From the NCBI GenBank assembly GCA_964618365.1, contig CAZUAA010000002.1, forward strand, positions 8,084-53,766: DNA of 45,683 nt, read 5' to 3'. How positions within the stretch are numbered: the stretch's first letter is position 1; every line of letters starts with the position of its first letter. The notes under the pieces are model-generated. The model did not search any database. It had not been told where the DNA came from and saw only the letters and a program-made list of their open reading frames with translations. Positions 1 through 8,948 of the stretch are shown piece by piece. The stretch comes from an uncultured Candidatus Saccharibacteria bacterium. Its GTDB lineage: Bacteria > Patescibacteriota > Minisyncoccia > Phycocordibacterales > UBA9973. Position numbers and translations under genes: made by a program.

Positions 1-582
1 ATCCTTAATTTGACAAGTGTTTCTGTTTAGAAAAATCATGACCAAGTAATAAAAAAAGTTAAAATCAAACTTCGCAAGAACAGACACCTCCTGCTTTCAG
101 GCCCCAATGGTATTGGTAAAAGTACACTACTTGAATCACTTGCAAACAACAGAGCAATAGGAGGTGAAATAATCAAAGGGGTTCGGGTAGGGTATTATAG
201 GCAAGATTTCTCGACACTAAATTTCAAAGAAACAGTATTAGAAGCTCTTGAAAATGCCATGAGAAGTGTCTCAGGAAAAGTAGAAGAAGAAAAAGTTAGA
301 TCAATTGCTGCTTCATTTCTAATAACAGGAGATATAATAAATACAAGGATAGAAAGTTTATCTGAAGGTCAAAAAGGCTTAGTTTCTTTTGCGAAGTTAG
401 TTATTGAGAAACCCGGGCTTCTAATACTTGATGAGCCAACTAACCATATAAACTTCCGCCATTTACCAATCATAGCCAAAGCGCTCGATGAATACCAAGG
501 CGCAATGATCCTAGTCTCTCATGTTCCTGAATTTATAAAACAAATTCGTATTGATGAAGTCCTTGATTTAGATTCTAAATAA
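1..582 (+). pseudogene. ABC-F-type ATPase, C-terminal ABC cassette. Runs off the left edge and has an in-frame TAG at 28-30 (pseudogene or read-through).
   Basis: Frame 1 is open from 31 to 582. It encodes Walker A (LLSGPNGIGKSTL), the ABC signature (LSEGQKG) and Walker B (LLILDEPTNHI). The 9 codons before the TAG (ILNLTSVSV) continue the same ABC-domain alignment. Confidence 0.6.
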
Positions 583-585
583 TTT

Positions 586-594
586 TGATATAAT
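586..594 (+). promoter_or_regulatory. Extended -10 (TGATATAAT), 6 nt before ATG 601.
   Basis: Sequence match. No Shine-Dalgarno fits in the 6-nt gap. Confidence 0.55.
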
Positions 595-600
595 AAAAAT

Positions 601-2298
601 ATGACTCAAGAACAAGCCTTAAAAATTATGAAGACTGGGGTGAATATTTATCTGACAGGTAGCGCGGGCTCTGGGAAGACATATCTACTCAATCAATAAA
701 TTTCATATCTACAAGATCACAATATAGCCGTCGCAGTGACTGCTTCGACTGGTATTGCAGCCACTCATATGAATGGTATGACTATTCATGGCTGGTCTGG
801 CATAGGGGTGAGGAATAAAATGGACGAAAGAGATCTAGATCAACTAGAAGAAAAAAAATATCTATGGAATAGATTCGAGAAAGCCCGAGTCCTAATTATT
901 GATGAGATATCTATGCTTCATGGATACCAGCTTGATATGATTGAAAAAGTTTGCCGAAAGTTTAAAAGAGTAGATAAACCTTTTGGTGGATTACAAGTCA
1001 TCCTCTCTGGAGATTTCTTTCAGCTCCCACCAGTAGAGAAAGTAAATATATATTCAGAATATGAAAATAGTATGGTCTATATAAGTGATGCTTGGAAAAT
1101 ACTTAACCCAGCCGTTTGCTACCTGACAGAGCAACACAGACAAGAAGATAACACTTTAACTGAAATACTAAATAATATTCGTACCAATAATATAGAAGAG
1201 GAACATTATGAGCATTTAGTAAAAAGAATTGATGCGAAATTGAAACAAGGAGAAAAAGCAACAAAATTATATACTCACAATGTAAATGTAGATCATGAAA
1301 ACCATACAGAACTTTCCAAAATAGATAGTGAAGAAAAAATATATTATATGACCTCAAAAGGGAATGATATAATTGTCGAAATTTTAAAAAAAAGTTGTCT
1401 GGCTCACGAAGAACTTCACCTGAAAATTGGTGCCGAAGTTATGTGTATTAAAAATAATATGGAGAGTGGTTATGTGAATGGCTCCCGAGGAAAAGTGATA
1501 GAGTTTGATATTGAAACCCATAACCCAATTATAAAATTATATAACGGGAAAACTGTGACTATAACCCCTATGCTCTGGGCGATAGAAGAAGATGGCAAGA
1601 TAAAGGCTTCTATAACCCAGCTCCCAATTCGATTGGCCTGGGCTATAACTATCCATAAAAGCCAAGGAATGTCCCTGGATAACGCAGAAATAGACCTCAG
1701 AAGCACATTTGCATACGGAATGGGGTATGTCGCTCTTTCCCGCGTAAGGACCCTTTCTGGCATAAAATTAATCGGTTTAAATAAAGATGCTTTGCGGGTA
1801 GACCCGAGGGTTTTAGAGTTTGATCAAGACCTTCGAAATGAAAGTGCGCAAAACGAGCTAATCTTTAAAAAACTAAAAAGTGAAGACCAGCAGAAAATGG
1901 AAAGTGATTTTATAAGAAGAATGGGGGGAATATTAGATACTTCTTTAACAACTCATCAAAGAAGTGTAAAAAAGAAAATAATAGATACTAAAATCCCAAC
2001 CATTTTAGTAACCAAAGAATTATTGGAAAGTGGAAAAAATATCAAACAAATAGCAAAAGAAAGAAATCTGACACCAGGCACCATCACTCACCACATAGAA
2101 GAGATAATAAAAGAATATCCAGAAACAATTATTTCTCATATTAGACCTTCGCAGAAAAATATAGACTTAGTCAAAAAAGTAAATAAAAAATTGAAAGGGG
2201 AAGAAGTGGGGAAATTAAATCCAATCAAATTAATTTTAGAAAAAGAAGGGCATAGTCTAAGTTTTGAAGATATAAGATTAGCAAGGTTGTTTATATAA
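601..2298 (+). pseudogene. PIF1/RecD-like superfamily 1 DNA helicase with a C-terminal HTH-like tail, interrupted by a single in-frame TAA at 697-699.
   Basis: ATG 601 gives MTQEQALKIMKTGVNIYLTGSAGSGKTYLLNQ (Walker A), then TAA. The same frame continues ISYLQDHNIAVAVTASTGIAA... Later motifs are LIIDEISM, GDFFQLPPV, QHRQ and IHKSQG. Confidence 0.7.
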
Positions 2299-2306
2299 AA
2301 AAATAA

Positions 2307-2332
2307 CTAGTCTTCTCTTCCAAAAAGACTAG
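2307..2332. terminator. Hairpin after the helicase gene (CTAGTCTT/AAGACTAG).
   Basis: 8-bp stem and 10-nt loop, with an AT-rich tail. Confidence 0.45.
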
Positions 2333-2346
2333 ATATTTTAATGGTT

Positions 2347-2505
2347 CTAATCCCACTTAATTTTTAAAAATGGGGATTTTTTTTGGATTTTTAATCTTCC
2401 TGTAATTATGAATAAAATTACAAGAACAAAAATTAAAACAAAGGCAATTCTTGGTGCATATGGAGATTTGCCAATTTCTCCACACATTTCATAAAATGAT
2501 TCCAT
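2347..2505 (-). CDS. Possible 52-aa small membrane protein.
   Basis: Hand-translated ORF MESFYEMCGEIGKSPYAPRIAFVLIFVLVILFIITGRL... with one hydrophobic helix. It is too short for the ORF track and sits in an otherwise empty 250-bp gap. Confidence 0.3.
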   Translation of the reverse strand: MESFYEMCGEIGKSPYAPRIAFVLIFVLVILFIITGRLKIQKKSPFLKIKWD

Positions 2506-2544
2506 AGTTCAGATTTTTTTAAATGCTATAATATAATCATATAT

Positions 2545-3261
2545 ATGTCAAAGGTAATAAATGAATTATTAAAATTAAAAAATAAAGATAAATCCAAGAT
2601 CTTAACTAGGTTTTTTAAGACTGGAAAAGGGGAATACGGGGAAGGGGATGTATTCCTTGGTATTACTGTCCCAGTATCTAGAAGTATCGCAAAGAAATAT
2701 GCTCATATAGACTTCAAAGAAATACAAGAATTACTAAATAATAAATATCATGAAGTCCGCCTTGTCGCACTTCTAATTTTAGTCCAAAAATATAAAACCT
2801 GTATTAAACAAAATCTACCCCATAGGCAAGACCTATGTGGTAAAATTGTGGAATTTTATCTGAAAAATACAAAAAATATAAATAACTGGGATTTAGTAGA
2901 TTTATCTGCACATTATATACTTGGTGATTATTTATTTTATAAAGATAAAAATATTTTAATTAAATTAGCAAAATCTAAAAATCTATGGGAAAGAAGGATT
3001 GCAATTATTTCAACTTTCGCTTTTATTTATAAAGGAGAAGCAAATTGGACTTTCAAAATTATAGATATACTAATAAAAGATAAACACGACCTCATTCATA
3101 AAGCTTGTGGCTGGATGCTTCGAGAAATAGGTAAAAGAGTTGATGAAAAGCAATTAATTTCTTATCTAGATCAAAATTCAGATAAAATGCCCCGCACTAT
3201 GCTCCGCTACGCGATAGAGAGACTCCCTGAAACAAAAAGACTTTATTATTTAAATAAGTGA
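2545..3261 (+). CDS. DNA alkylation repair protein (AlkD/AlkC-like HEAT-repeat family).
   Basis: Family-typical motifs are present: RFFKTGKGEYGEGDVFLGI, NNWDLVD, LWERRIAI, ACGWMLREIGK and MPRTMLRYAIERL. Confidence 0.75.
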   Translation: MSKVINELLKLKNKDKSKILTRFFKTGKGEYGEGDVFLGITVPVSRSIAKKYAHIDFKEIQELLNNKYHEVRLVALLILVQKYKTCIKQNLPHRQDLCGKIVEFYLKNTKNINNWDLVDLSAHYILGDYLFYKDKNILIKLAKSKNLWERRIAIISTFAFIYKGEANWTFKIIDILIKDKHDLIHKACGWMLREIGKRVDEKQLISYLDQNSDKMPRTMLRYAIERLPETKRLYYLNK

Positions 3262-3267
3262 TATAAT
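3259..3267 (+). promoter_or_regulatory. Extended -10 (TGATATAAT), 8 nt before ATG 3276.
   Basis: Sequence match. The TGA of the upstream gene forms the TGN. Confidence 0.5.
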
Positions 3268-3275
3268 GTAGATAT

Positions 3276-4031
3276 ATGTATAAATTTAAAAAAATTATAT
3301 TATTATTATTAATAATAGTAATAATTGGAGTGGTATTATATTTAAATCTTAAAAACAATAAATCAGAAAATATTCAAAAAGAAATTGTAAGTGAAATAGT
3401 CCCTGAAAATGAAATAAGAAGTCTTTGTTATTTTAGATCAAATTCTTACAATAATATATATTACGACAAAGCTTGGCTTATATTAAATATAAATGAAAAT
3501 AAAATAAATGGAGAATTTCAAAACCTACCAGCAGAATCTGACTCTAAAATAGGTAGATTCGAAGGAACTGTGGGCCCTCTTGAAAGGGAATCCATGGGAA
3601 GAACTGCAAATGTATGGTGGGAAGCAGAAGCTGAAGGAACAAAAGTAAAAGAAGAACTGATTATTAAATTTGGGGATGGTAGTGCAACTGTCGGATTTGG
3701 AGAAATGATAGACAGAGGAGACGGAATTTATATTTATAAAAATAATAATAATTTATTTTTTATAGAATCTATGAATCAAATAGATTGTGAACAATTAGAT
3801 GAAAAATTATTTATAGAAAAATATTTAAGAGAAAATATTAATAAAGTATCAGAAGAAAAACCAGTACTGGGTGGGACTTGGTATGTGATATCTTCAAATA
3901 TAATCCCGGGAATTAAAACAGGGGAGGTGGTATACGAAGATGGACATATACAAATCAAGACAAAATTTACTTATGAATTTAATAAAAATACAAAGGAATT
4001 AAAATTTACAAATTTTGAAACAATAAAATAA
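3276..4031 (+). CDS. Membrane-anchored hypothetical protein.
   Basis: Long ORF with an N-terminal hydrophobic anchor (KKIILLLLIIVIIGVVLYL). A TGATATAAT box lies 8 nt upstream of the ATG. I recognise no family. Confidence 0.7.
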   Translation: MYKFKKIILLLLIIVIIGVVLYLNLKNNKSENIQKEIVSEIVPENEIRSLCYFRSNSYNNIYYDKAWLILNINENKINGEFQNLPAESDSKIGRFEGTVGPLERESMGRTANVWWEAEAEGTKVKEELIIKFGDGSATVGFGEMIDRGDGIYIYKNNNNLFFIESMNQIDCEQLDEKLFIEKYLRENINKVSEEKPVLGGTWYVISSNIIPGIKTGEVVYEDGHIQIKTKFTYEFNKNTKELKFTNFETIK

Positions 4032-4038
4032 ATACTAA

Positions 4039-4067
4039 TTGACATTTACCCTAAAAAGGTGTATAAT
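4039..4067 (+). promoter_or_regulatory. Consensus sigma-70 promoter TTGACA-N17-TATAAT, 6 nt before ATG 4074.
   Basis: Exact hexamers at 4039-4044 and 4062-4067 with a 17-nt spacer. Confidence 0.75.
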
Positions 4068-4073
4068 ATAAAT

Positions 4074-4601
4074 ATGGATAAAAATATAGACAACTTATTA
4101 TATTCTAGAAGTAATAAAGATGATGAAAAAGAAAATAAATATATAGATCATTATCTAGAACAATATAGAATATATTTACATATTTTTAACAGCACTCACG
4201 ATAGGAATAATAAATCTAATGATTTCTTTCTTGGATTAAACACTGCCATTATCGGTGTCTTGGGATATATAGAAACAAAAGGTGTTTCAACTTATGATTC
4301 TGTGATATTTATTTTTGCCCCATTTGTAGGTATAGCGATATGCTATGCATGGTATCAAATCATAAGCTCATACAGAAAGTTAAACAGAGCTAAATTTAAA
4401 ATGATTCATGAGGTAGAATCAAAATTACCAATATCTTTCTTTGAAAAAGAATGGGAACTTTTAGGAAAAGGAAAGGACAGAAAAAAGTATTACCCATTAT
4501 CTCTAATAGAAAGAAAAATCCCAATAATATTTATAATACTCTATATTGTTATATTCTTATCAGGACTGCCATTAAACTTTATAACAAATCTCATAAAATA
4601 A
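4074..4601 (+). CDS. Small 2-TM membrane protein: N-terminal soluble helical region followed by two TM helices. Architecture resembles SLATT/RipA-type proteins, but the family is not established.
   Basis: The ORF track starts at a GTG (4059). The ATG at 4074 sits 6 nt after a perfect TTGACA-N17-TATAAT promoter. Hydrophobic segments are FFLGLNTAIIGVLGYI and IFIFAPFVGIAICYAWYQII. The gene is monocistronic and ends at a 15-bp hairpin. Confidence 0.65.
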   Translation: MDKNIDNLLYSRSNKDDEKENKYIDHYLEQYRIYLHIFNSTHDRNNKSNDFFLGLNTAIIGVLGYIETKGVSTYDSVIFIFAPFVGIAICYAWYQIISSYRKLNRAKFKMIHEVESKLPISFFEKEWELLGKGKDRKKYYPLSLIERKIPIIFIILYIVIFLSGLPLNFITNLIK

Positions 4602-4602
4602 A

Positions 4603-4635
4603 ACACAAAAGGTAGCTAATAGCTACCTTTTGTGT
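4603..4635. terminator. Bidirectional terminator shared by convergent genes.
   Basis: Perfect 15-bp stem acacaaaaggtagct/agctaccttttgtgt with a 3-nt loop, flanked by A and T runs. Confidence 0.75.
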
Positions 4636-4805
4636 TCTCTCCAGTCGTATTCTTCTTCCTCGTCATCAGCTTTGTCTATGATGGGTGTTCCGCATACTTG
4701 GCAAGCATCATCATATGACCTAAGTCCACAACGTGGACATACAGGATCATTTGATTTTACTTCTTCTTGGTCTTTATTTGAATTATAATAATTATCTTCT
4801 TCCAT
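4623..4805 (-). CDS. Small acidic zinc-ribbon protein (CPRCG...CQVCG).
   Basis: ORF contains CxxC-x13-CxxC. I prefer the ATG at 4805 (MEEDNYY...) because TGGTATAAT lies 7 nt upstream. The last codons lie inside the shared terminator hairpin. Confidence 0.6.
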   Translation of the reverse strand: MEEDNYYNSNKDQEEVKSNDPVCPRCGLRSYDDACQVCGTPIIDKADDEEEEYDWREHKR

Positions 4806-4812
4806 AACACAC

Positions 4813-4821
4813 ATTATACCA
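4813..4821 (-). promoter_or_regulatory. Extended -10 (TGGTATAAT), 7 nt before ATG 4805.
   Basis: Reverse complement of ccattatacca. Confidence 0.5.
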
Positions 4822-4851
4822 CACCAATATGTTTTTTAAAATAAATAAAAA

Positions 4852-4860
4852 TGTTATAAT
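4852..4860 (+). promoter_or_regulatory. Extended -10 (TGTTATAAT), 8 nt before the eno ATG at 4869.
   Basis: Sequence match. Confidence 0.55.
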
Positions 4861-4868
4861 ATCCTCAT

Positions 4869-6092
4869 ATGGATAAAAAAATAACAGATATAAAAGCAGA
4901 GCAAATACTTGACTCTCGCAAAAATCCTACACTTAAAGTTTCAGTTTATGTGGGGGATATTTTTAAAAGTTTTGAAGTTCCATCTGGGGCAAGTACAGGC
5001 AAATACGAAGCTTGCGAATTACGTGATGGAGAAAGTGGTAAAAGTGGTGTATTAACAGCAATTAAACAAATAGAAGAAATTGTAAAACCAGCATTAATCG
5101 GAATGGATATAAACGATCAGACTATGATAGATGAGACTATGTTAAATCTAGATGGAACACAACAAAAAACAAAAATAGGTGGAAATAGTATGATCGGGGT
5201 TAGTATTGCCTGTGCCAAGACGGCATCAAGAATAAATAATGAAGAAGTCTATGAGCATTTGAGAAAAATAATATCAATAAATCCTTCTAGGAATGAACCT
5301 TATCTATATTTCAATCTTATAAATGGTGGTAAACATGCTAAAACAAAATTAGCTTTCCAGGAATACCATATAGTTCCACAAGTAGATAAAGCAAAAGAAA
5401 GCATAGAAATAAGTAGAGCAATCCAAAATAAATTAGATGAAATTCTTACAGAAAAATATGGAGGTCCTCTTATAAAAGGAGATGAGGGTGGAGTAGCCCT
5501 CGATGAAGAAGATGTCTTTGTCCCACTTAGACTCATAAAACAAGCAGTTCTGGAATTAGGATATGACGACAAAATTAAATACGCCCTTGATGTCGCTTCT
5601 TCTTCTTTTTACGATGAAAATGATGAAACATATAAATTTATGTCTAAATCTTTTTCAAAAGACGATATGAAAGATCTCTATGTAAAAATGTGTCAAGAGT
5701 TTCCTATTATTTCAATAGAAGACCCTTTTGAAGAAGAAGATTTTGAAAGCTTTACAAGTCTCCAATTATTATTACCAGATACAAAATTAATAGGAGATGA
5801 TCTAACAGTCACAAATATTACTAGACTAGATAGAGCAATAAAGGAAAAAAGTATTAAAGGTATAATTATTAAACCAAATCAAATAGGAACCCTCACAGAA
5901 ACATTAAAGACGATAGAGCTTGCAAGACAAAATAATATTGATTGCATTATAAGTCATAGAAGCGGAGAAACAATGGATGATTTTATCGGAGACTTGTCAT
6001 ACGCATTTGGATGTTTTGGATTAAAATCAGGAGCATTGGGACCAAAAGAAAGGGACGTAAAATACGAAAGACTTATAAATATAGCGAAATAA
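4869..6092 (+). CDS. eno: Enolase (phosphopyruvate hydratase).
   Basis: Carries the N-terminal enolase signature I.AEQILDSRKNPTLKV, then VPSGASTGKYEA, IKPNQIGTLTET and SHRSGET. Confidence 0.95.
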   Translation: MDKKITDIKAEQILDSRKNPTLKVSVYVGDIFKSFEVPSGASTGKYEACELRDGESGKSGVLTAIKQIEEIVKPALIGMDINDQTMIDETMLNLDGTQQKTKIGGNSMIGVSIACAKTASRINNEEVYEHLRKIISINPSRNEPYLYFNLINGGKHAKTKLAFQEYHIVPQVDKAKESIEISRAIQNKLDEILTEKYGGPLIKGDEGGVALDEEDVFVPLRLIKQAVLELGYDDKIKYALDVASSSFYDENDETYKFMSKSFSKDDMKDLYVKMCQEFPIISIEDPFEEEDFESFTSLQLLLPDTKLIGDDLTVTNITRLDRAIKEKSIKGIIIKPNQIGTLTETLKTIELARQNNIDCIISHRSGETMDDFIGDLSYAFGCFGLKSGALGPKERDVKYERLINIAK

Positions 6093-6105
6093 AAAATAAA
6101 ATTAT

Positions 6106-6903
6106 ATGGAATCTACAACAAAAATAATAGCTACAATAGGACCAGCGAGTAATAGTAAAGAAATGATTAAAGAGATGATAAATCACCATATGGATATCGC
6201 TCGTTTAAACTTTTCTTGGAATACTCATGATTGGCACAGAGAAGTAATTAATAATGTAAGAGAGATGGCAAAAGAATGTGGAAAAATAATTCCAATCATA
6301 CAAGACTTGTCAGGACCTAGAGTTCAAGAAGGGAGTGGCCATAAGTTTGGTGGTGAAGAAGAACAAAGTGCTATAACCGATAAAGATATAGCAGATCTCA
6401 CTTTTGGGGTAGAAGAAAAAATAGAGTACGTTGCTATGTCTTATGTAGGAAGTGTAGATGATGTAATAAAAATAAAAGAACTAATCAAAGAAAGAGGGGG
6501 TGATCAGAAAGTTATTGCTAAAATAGAAAGAAAAGTTGCATACGAAAACTTAAATGAAATAATAAAAGAAGCTGATGCAATTATGGTCGCAAGAGGGGAC
6601 TTGGGTAATGAATTTCCGTTAGAAGAAATACCTTTTGTTCAACACCACATAATAGAAGAATGTAATAAAGCTGGTAAAATGGTTATCGTAGCAACACAAA
6701 TGATGCTATCAATGGTAGAAAACCCTGTACCAACAAGAGCTGAAGTGTCTGATGTTGCTTATGCGATACTAGATGGAGCAGATGGAGTAATGCTTTCAGA
6801 AGAATCTGCTAGAGGTAATTACCCTAAAGAAGCTATTTATATGATGGAGAAAATTTCTCTAGTCGCAGAGAAAAATAGAAAAAATAAAATAACAATAGGA
6901 TAA
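6106..6903 (+). CDS. pyk: Pyruvate kinase, minimal form (A/TIM-barrel domain only).
   Basis: Motifs [45 protein letters not shown] and [21 protein letters not shown]. At 265 aa there is no B-domain insert and no C-terminal domain. Confidence 0.8.
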   Translation: MESTTKIIATIGPASNSKEMIKEMINHHMDIARLNFSWNTHDWHREVINNVREMAKECGKIIPIIQDLSGPRVQEGSGHKFGGEEEQSAITDKDIADLTFGVEEKIEYVAMSYVGSVDDVIKIKELIKERGGDQKVIAKIERKVAYENLNEIIKEADAIMVARGDLGNEFPLEEIPFVQHHIIEECNKAGKMVIVATQMMLSMVENPVPTRAEVSDVAYAILDGADGVMLSEESARGNYPKEAIYMMEKISLVAEKNRKNKITIG

Positions 6904-6909
6904 TCGTTT

Positions 6910-7875
6910 ATGCATATATTTATAACAAGAAAAATACCAGATGTCGGGCTTAAAATACTTGATGAAAATAATATATCTTATGATATAGGTAATTTTAAAA
7001 AACCTCCAACAAAAAAAGATTTAATAAAATCTTTAAAGAAAAAAAATTATGATGGAATTATATCTTTTTTAACAGATACAATAGATAAAGATGTTATAGA
7101 TTCTTGTCCTACAATTAAAGTGATTGCGAATTTCTCTGTTGGATTTAATAATCTAGATATAGAAGAATTAAAGAAAAAGGGGATAATGGCTTCAAACACC
7201 CCAGGCACTTCAGCCACTGCTGTCGCAGAACATACAGTAGCGCTTATGATGGCTCTAACCACAAGACTTGTGGAGGGAGATCGATTTGTAAGAAGTGGTA
7301 AATATAAAGGCTGGGATCCTGAATTACTCGTAGGTACTGATATGAAAGGTAAGGTGATTGGTCTCATAGGATGTGGGGAAATTGGTACTGAAGTTGCAAA
7401 AATGTTAAACAGAGGTTTTGGCTCAAAAATTATATATTCTGATTTAGTGGAAAATAAAAAAATTGAAGAAGAAACAGGCGCAGAAAAGAAAGAGATGCTA
7501 GACCTAATAAAAGAAGCAGATATTATATCTCTTCATGTACCATTACTACCATCAACAATGCACCTTATAAATAAAGATATACTTTCCCAGATGAAAAGTT
7601 CAGCTTTTTTAGTAAACACATCTAGAGGGGGAGTGATAAACGAAAAAGAACTTGTTGATGCATTAAAAAATGATACGATAAAAGGGGCTGCACTTGATGT
7701 ATTTGAATGTGAACCAAAACTATGCAAAGGTTTAACAAAATTGTCAAATGTAATACTTACACCACATATAGCATCTTCTAGGATTTCAGCTAGAAATCAA
7801 ATGGCAGAGATTGTATCAAGGAATATAGTTTCAGCCCTAAAAGAAGGAAAAGTTATCAACACTATCGTAAAATAA
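6910..7875 (+). CDS. D-isomer-specific 2-hydroxyacid dehydrogenase (glycerate/glyoxylate/hydroxypyruvate reductase-like).
   Basis: NAD-binding fold GLIGCGEIGTEVA, plus HVPL....HLIN, VNTSRGGVI, AALDVFE.EP and LTPHIAS. Confidence 0.9.
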   Translation: MHIFITRKIPDVGLKILDENNISYDIGNFKKPPTKKDLIKSLKKKNYDGIISFLTDTIDKDVIDSCPTIKVIANFSVGFNNLDIEELKKKGIMASNTPGTSATAVAEHTVALMMALTTRLVEGDRFVRSGKYKGWDPELLVGTDMKGKVIGLIGCGEIGTEVAKMLNRGFGSKIIYSDLVENKKIEEETGAEKKEMLDLIKEADIISLHVPLLPSTMHLINKDILSQMKSSAFLVNTSRGGVINEKELVDALKNDTIKGAALDVFECEPKLCKGLTKLSNVILTPHIASSRISARNQMAEIVSRNIVSALKEGKVINTIVK

Positions 7876-7883
7876 CCTTACAG

Positions 7884-7928
7884 AACAAGACCCTAAAGAA
7901 TTTCTTTAGGGTCTTGTTTTATTTTTTA
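7884..7928 (+). terminator. Rho-independent terminator after the dehydrogenase gene.
   Basis: 15-bp stem aacaagaccctaaag/ctttagggtcttgtt followed by TTTTATTTTTT. Confidence 0.85.
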
Positions 7929-7997
7929 TTAAGGTATAATTATAAGGTGGTGCATTAAAGCATTACATTTTATTAGTTTAATAATATTAAAAAATAT

Positions 7998-8939
7998 ATG
8001 ATTAAAAAATATTTAAAGAAAGGTTCTATTTTATTTTTTGGTCTCGCTTTAGTTTTAGGAGGATCTTTGGCTTATGCAGAAGATGATTCTAATGTAAATA
8101 AAGAAAGAGAAGAGGCTAAAAATAGGTTTGAGCAAGAAAGAGAAAATGCAAAAGATTTAATAGAAAAAGAGAGAGAAGAAGCTAAAAATTTAAGAGAAGA
8201 GGCTAAAGAGAAAATGGAAAAAGAAAGAGAATCTATTAAAGAAGAAGCTTCAAAAATGAGAGGAGATTTTAGATCAAATCTTTCTGATGATGAAACAATA
8301 GAGGCAATAAGAGCAAAACGTGAAGCAGTAATAAAAGAAATTACACAAAAAAGAGAAGAATTCAAAGTTAAAGTTGAAGAAAGTAAAAAAGAATGGGAAG
8401 CAAAAAAAGAAGAGATGAAAAACAAATTTAAAGAAGATCTTGCTAAAATAAAAGATGAAAAGAAAAAAGAAGCACTTACAAAAATCGACAGTAAATTAGA
8501 TGAATTAAATCTAAAAATTACTGAAAAATTAGGAGAAAGAGTAAGTCAAATTGAAACAGTTCTTGCTGGAGTAGAATCAAGAACAAACAAAGCTAAAGAT
8601 AAAGGACTTGATGTAGGGGCTACCGAGGAGGCTATTTCTCTCGCAAAAGACAAAATATCTGCAACAAGAGAATCAATAATAAAACAATCAGAAAAAATAT
8701 ATGAATTAGAAGTAGGCGAAGAATCAACATTAAAGACTACAACACAAGCTGTGAGAGATGCATTTAGAGCAGATATTAAAGCTTTATATGAAGAAGTGAA
8801 AGGAACTCATGATGCAGTAAGAAAAGCTGCTGTAACACTAGCCCAAATTCCTAAGATTAATGAGATAGAAGATAGTAAAGATGAAACAGAAAATGAAATA
8901 GAGGTCGAAGACGCTACAGGAAGTACTACTAATCAATAA
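7998..8939 (+). CDS. Secreted or anchored Lys/Glu-rich coiled-coil protein.
   Basis: Signal-like N-terminus (GSILFFGLALVLGGSLAYA) is followed by degenerate KEREEAKN-type repeats. A strong terminator lies upstream at 7884-7928. Confidence 0.75.
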   Translation: MIKKYLKKGSILFFGLALVLGGSLAYAEDDSNVNKEREEAKNRFEQERENAKDLIEKEREEAKNLREEAKEKMEKERESIKEEASKMRGDFRSNLSDDETIEAIRAKREAVIKEITQKREEFKVKVEESKKEWEAKKEEMKNKFKEDLAKIKDEKKKEALTKIDSKLDELNLKITEKLGERVSQIETVLAGVESRTNKAKDKGLDVGATEEAISLAKDKISATRESIIKQSEKIYELEVGEESTLKTTTQAVRDAFRADIKALYEEVKGTHDAVRKAAVTLAQIPKINEIEDSKDETENEIEVEDATGSTTNQ

Positions 8940-8948
8940 TAAAAATCT

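Noticed and set aside
1103-1763. Antisense or shadow ORFs in the track. These include 1103..1357, 1470..1763, 3776..3958, 5300..5572, 7047..7367, 8072..8425, 19838..20314, 26436..26783, 27108..27461, 33460..33777, 34516..34854, 43232..43543 and others.
   Set aside because: Each lies entirely inside a longer ORF on the opposite strand or in another frame that has clear homology motifs. Their translations are low-complexity, which is typical of AT-rich shadow frames.
8090-8460. Repetitive nucleotide sequence (aaagaaagagaagaggctaaaaa...) as a possible tandem repeat or CRISPR-like element.
   Set aside because: It is the coding sequence of degenerate Lys/Glu-rich coiled-coil repeats within a single long ORF. 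The repeat units are imperfect and in frame.
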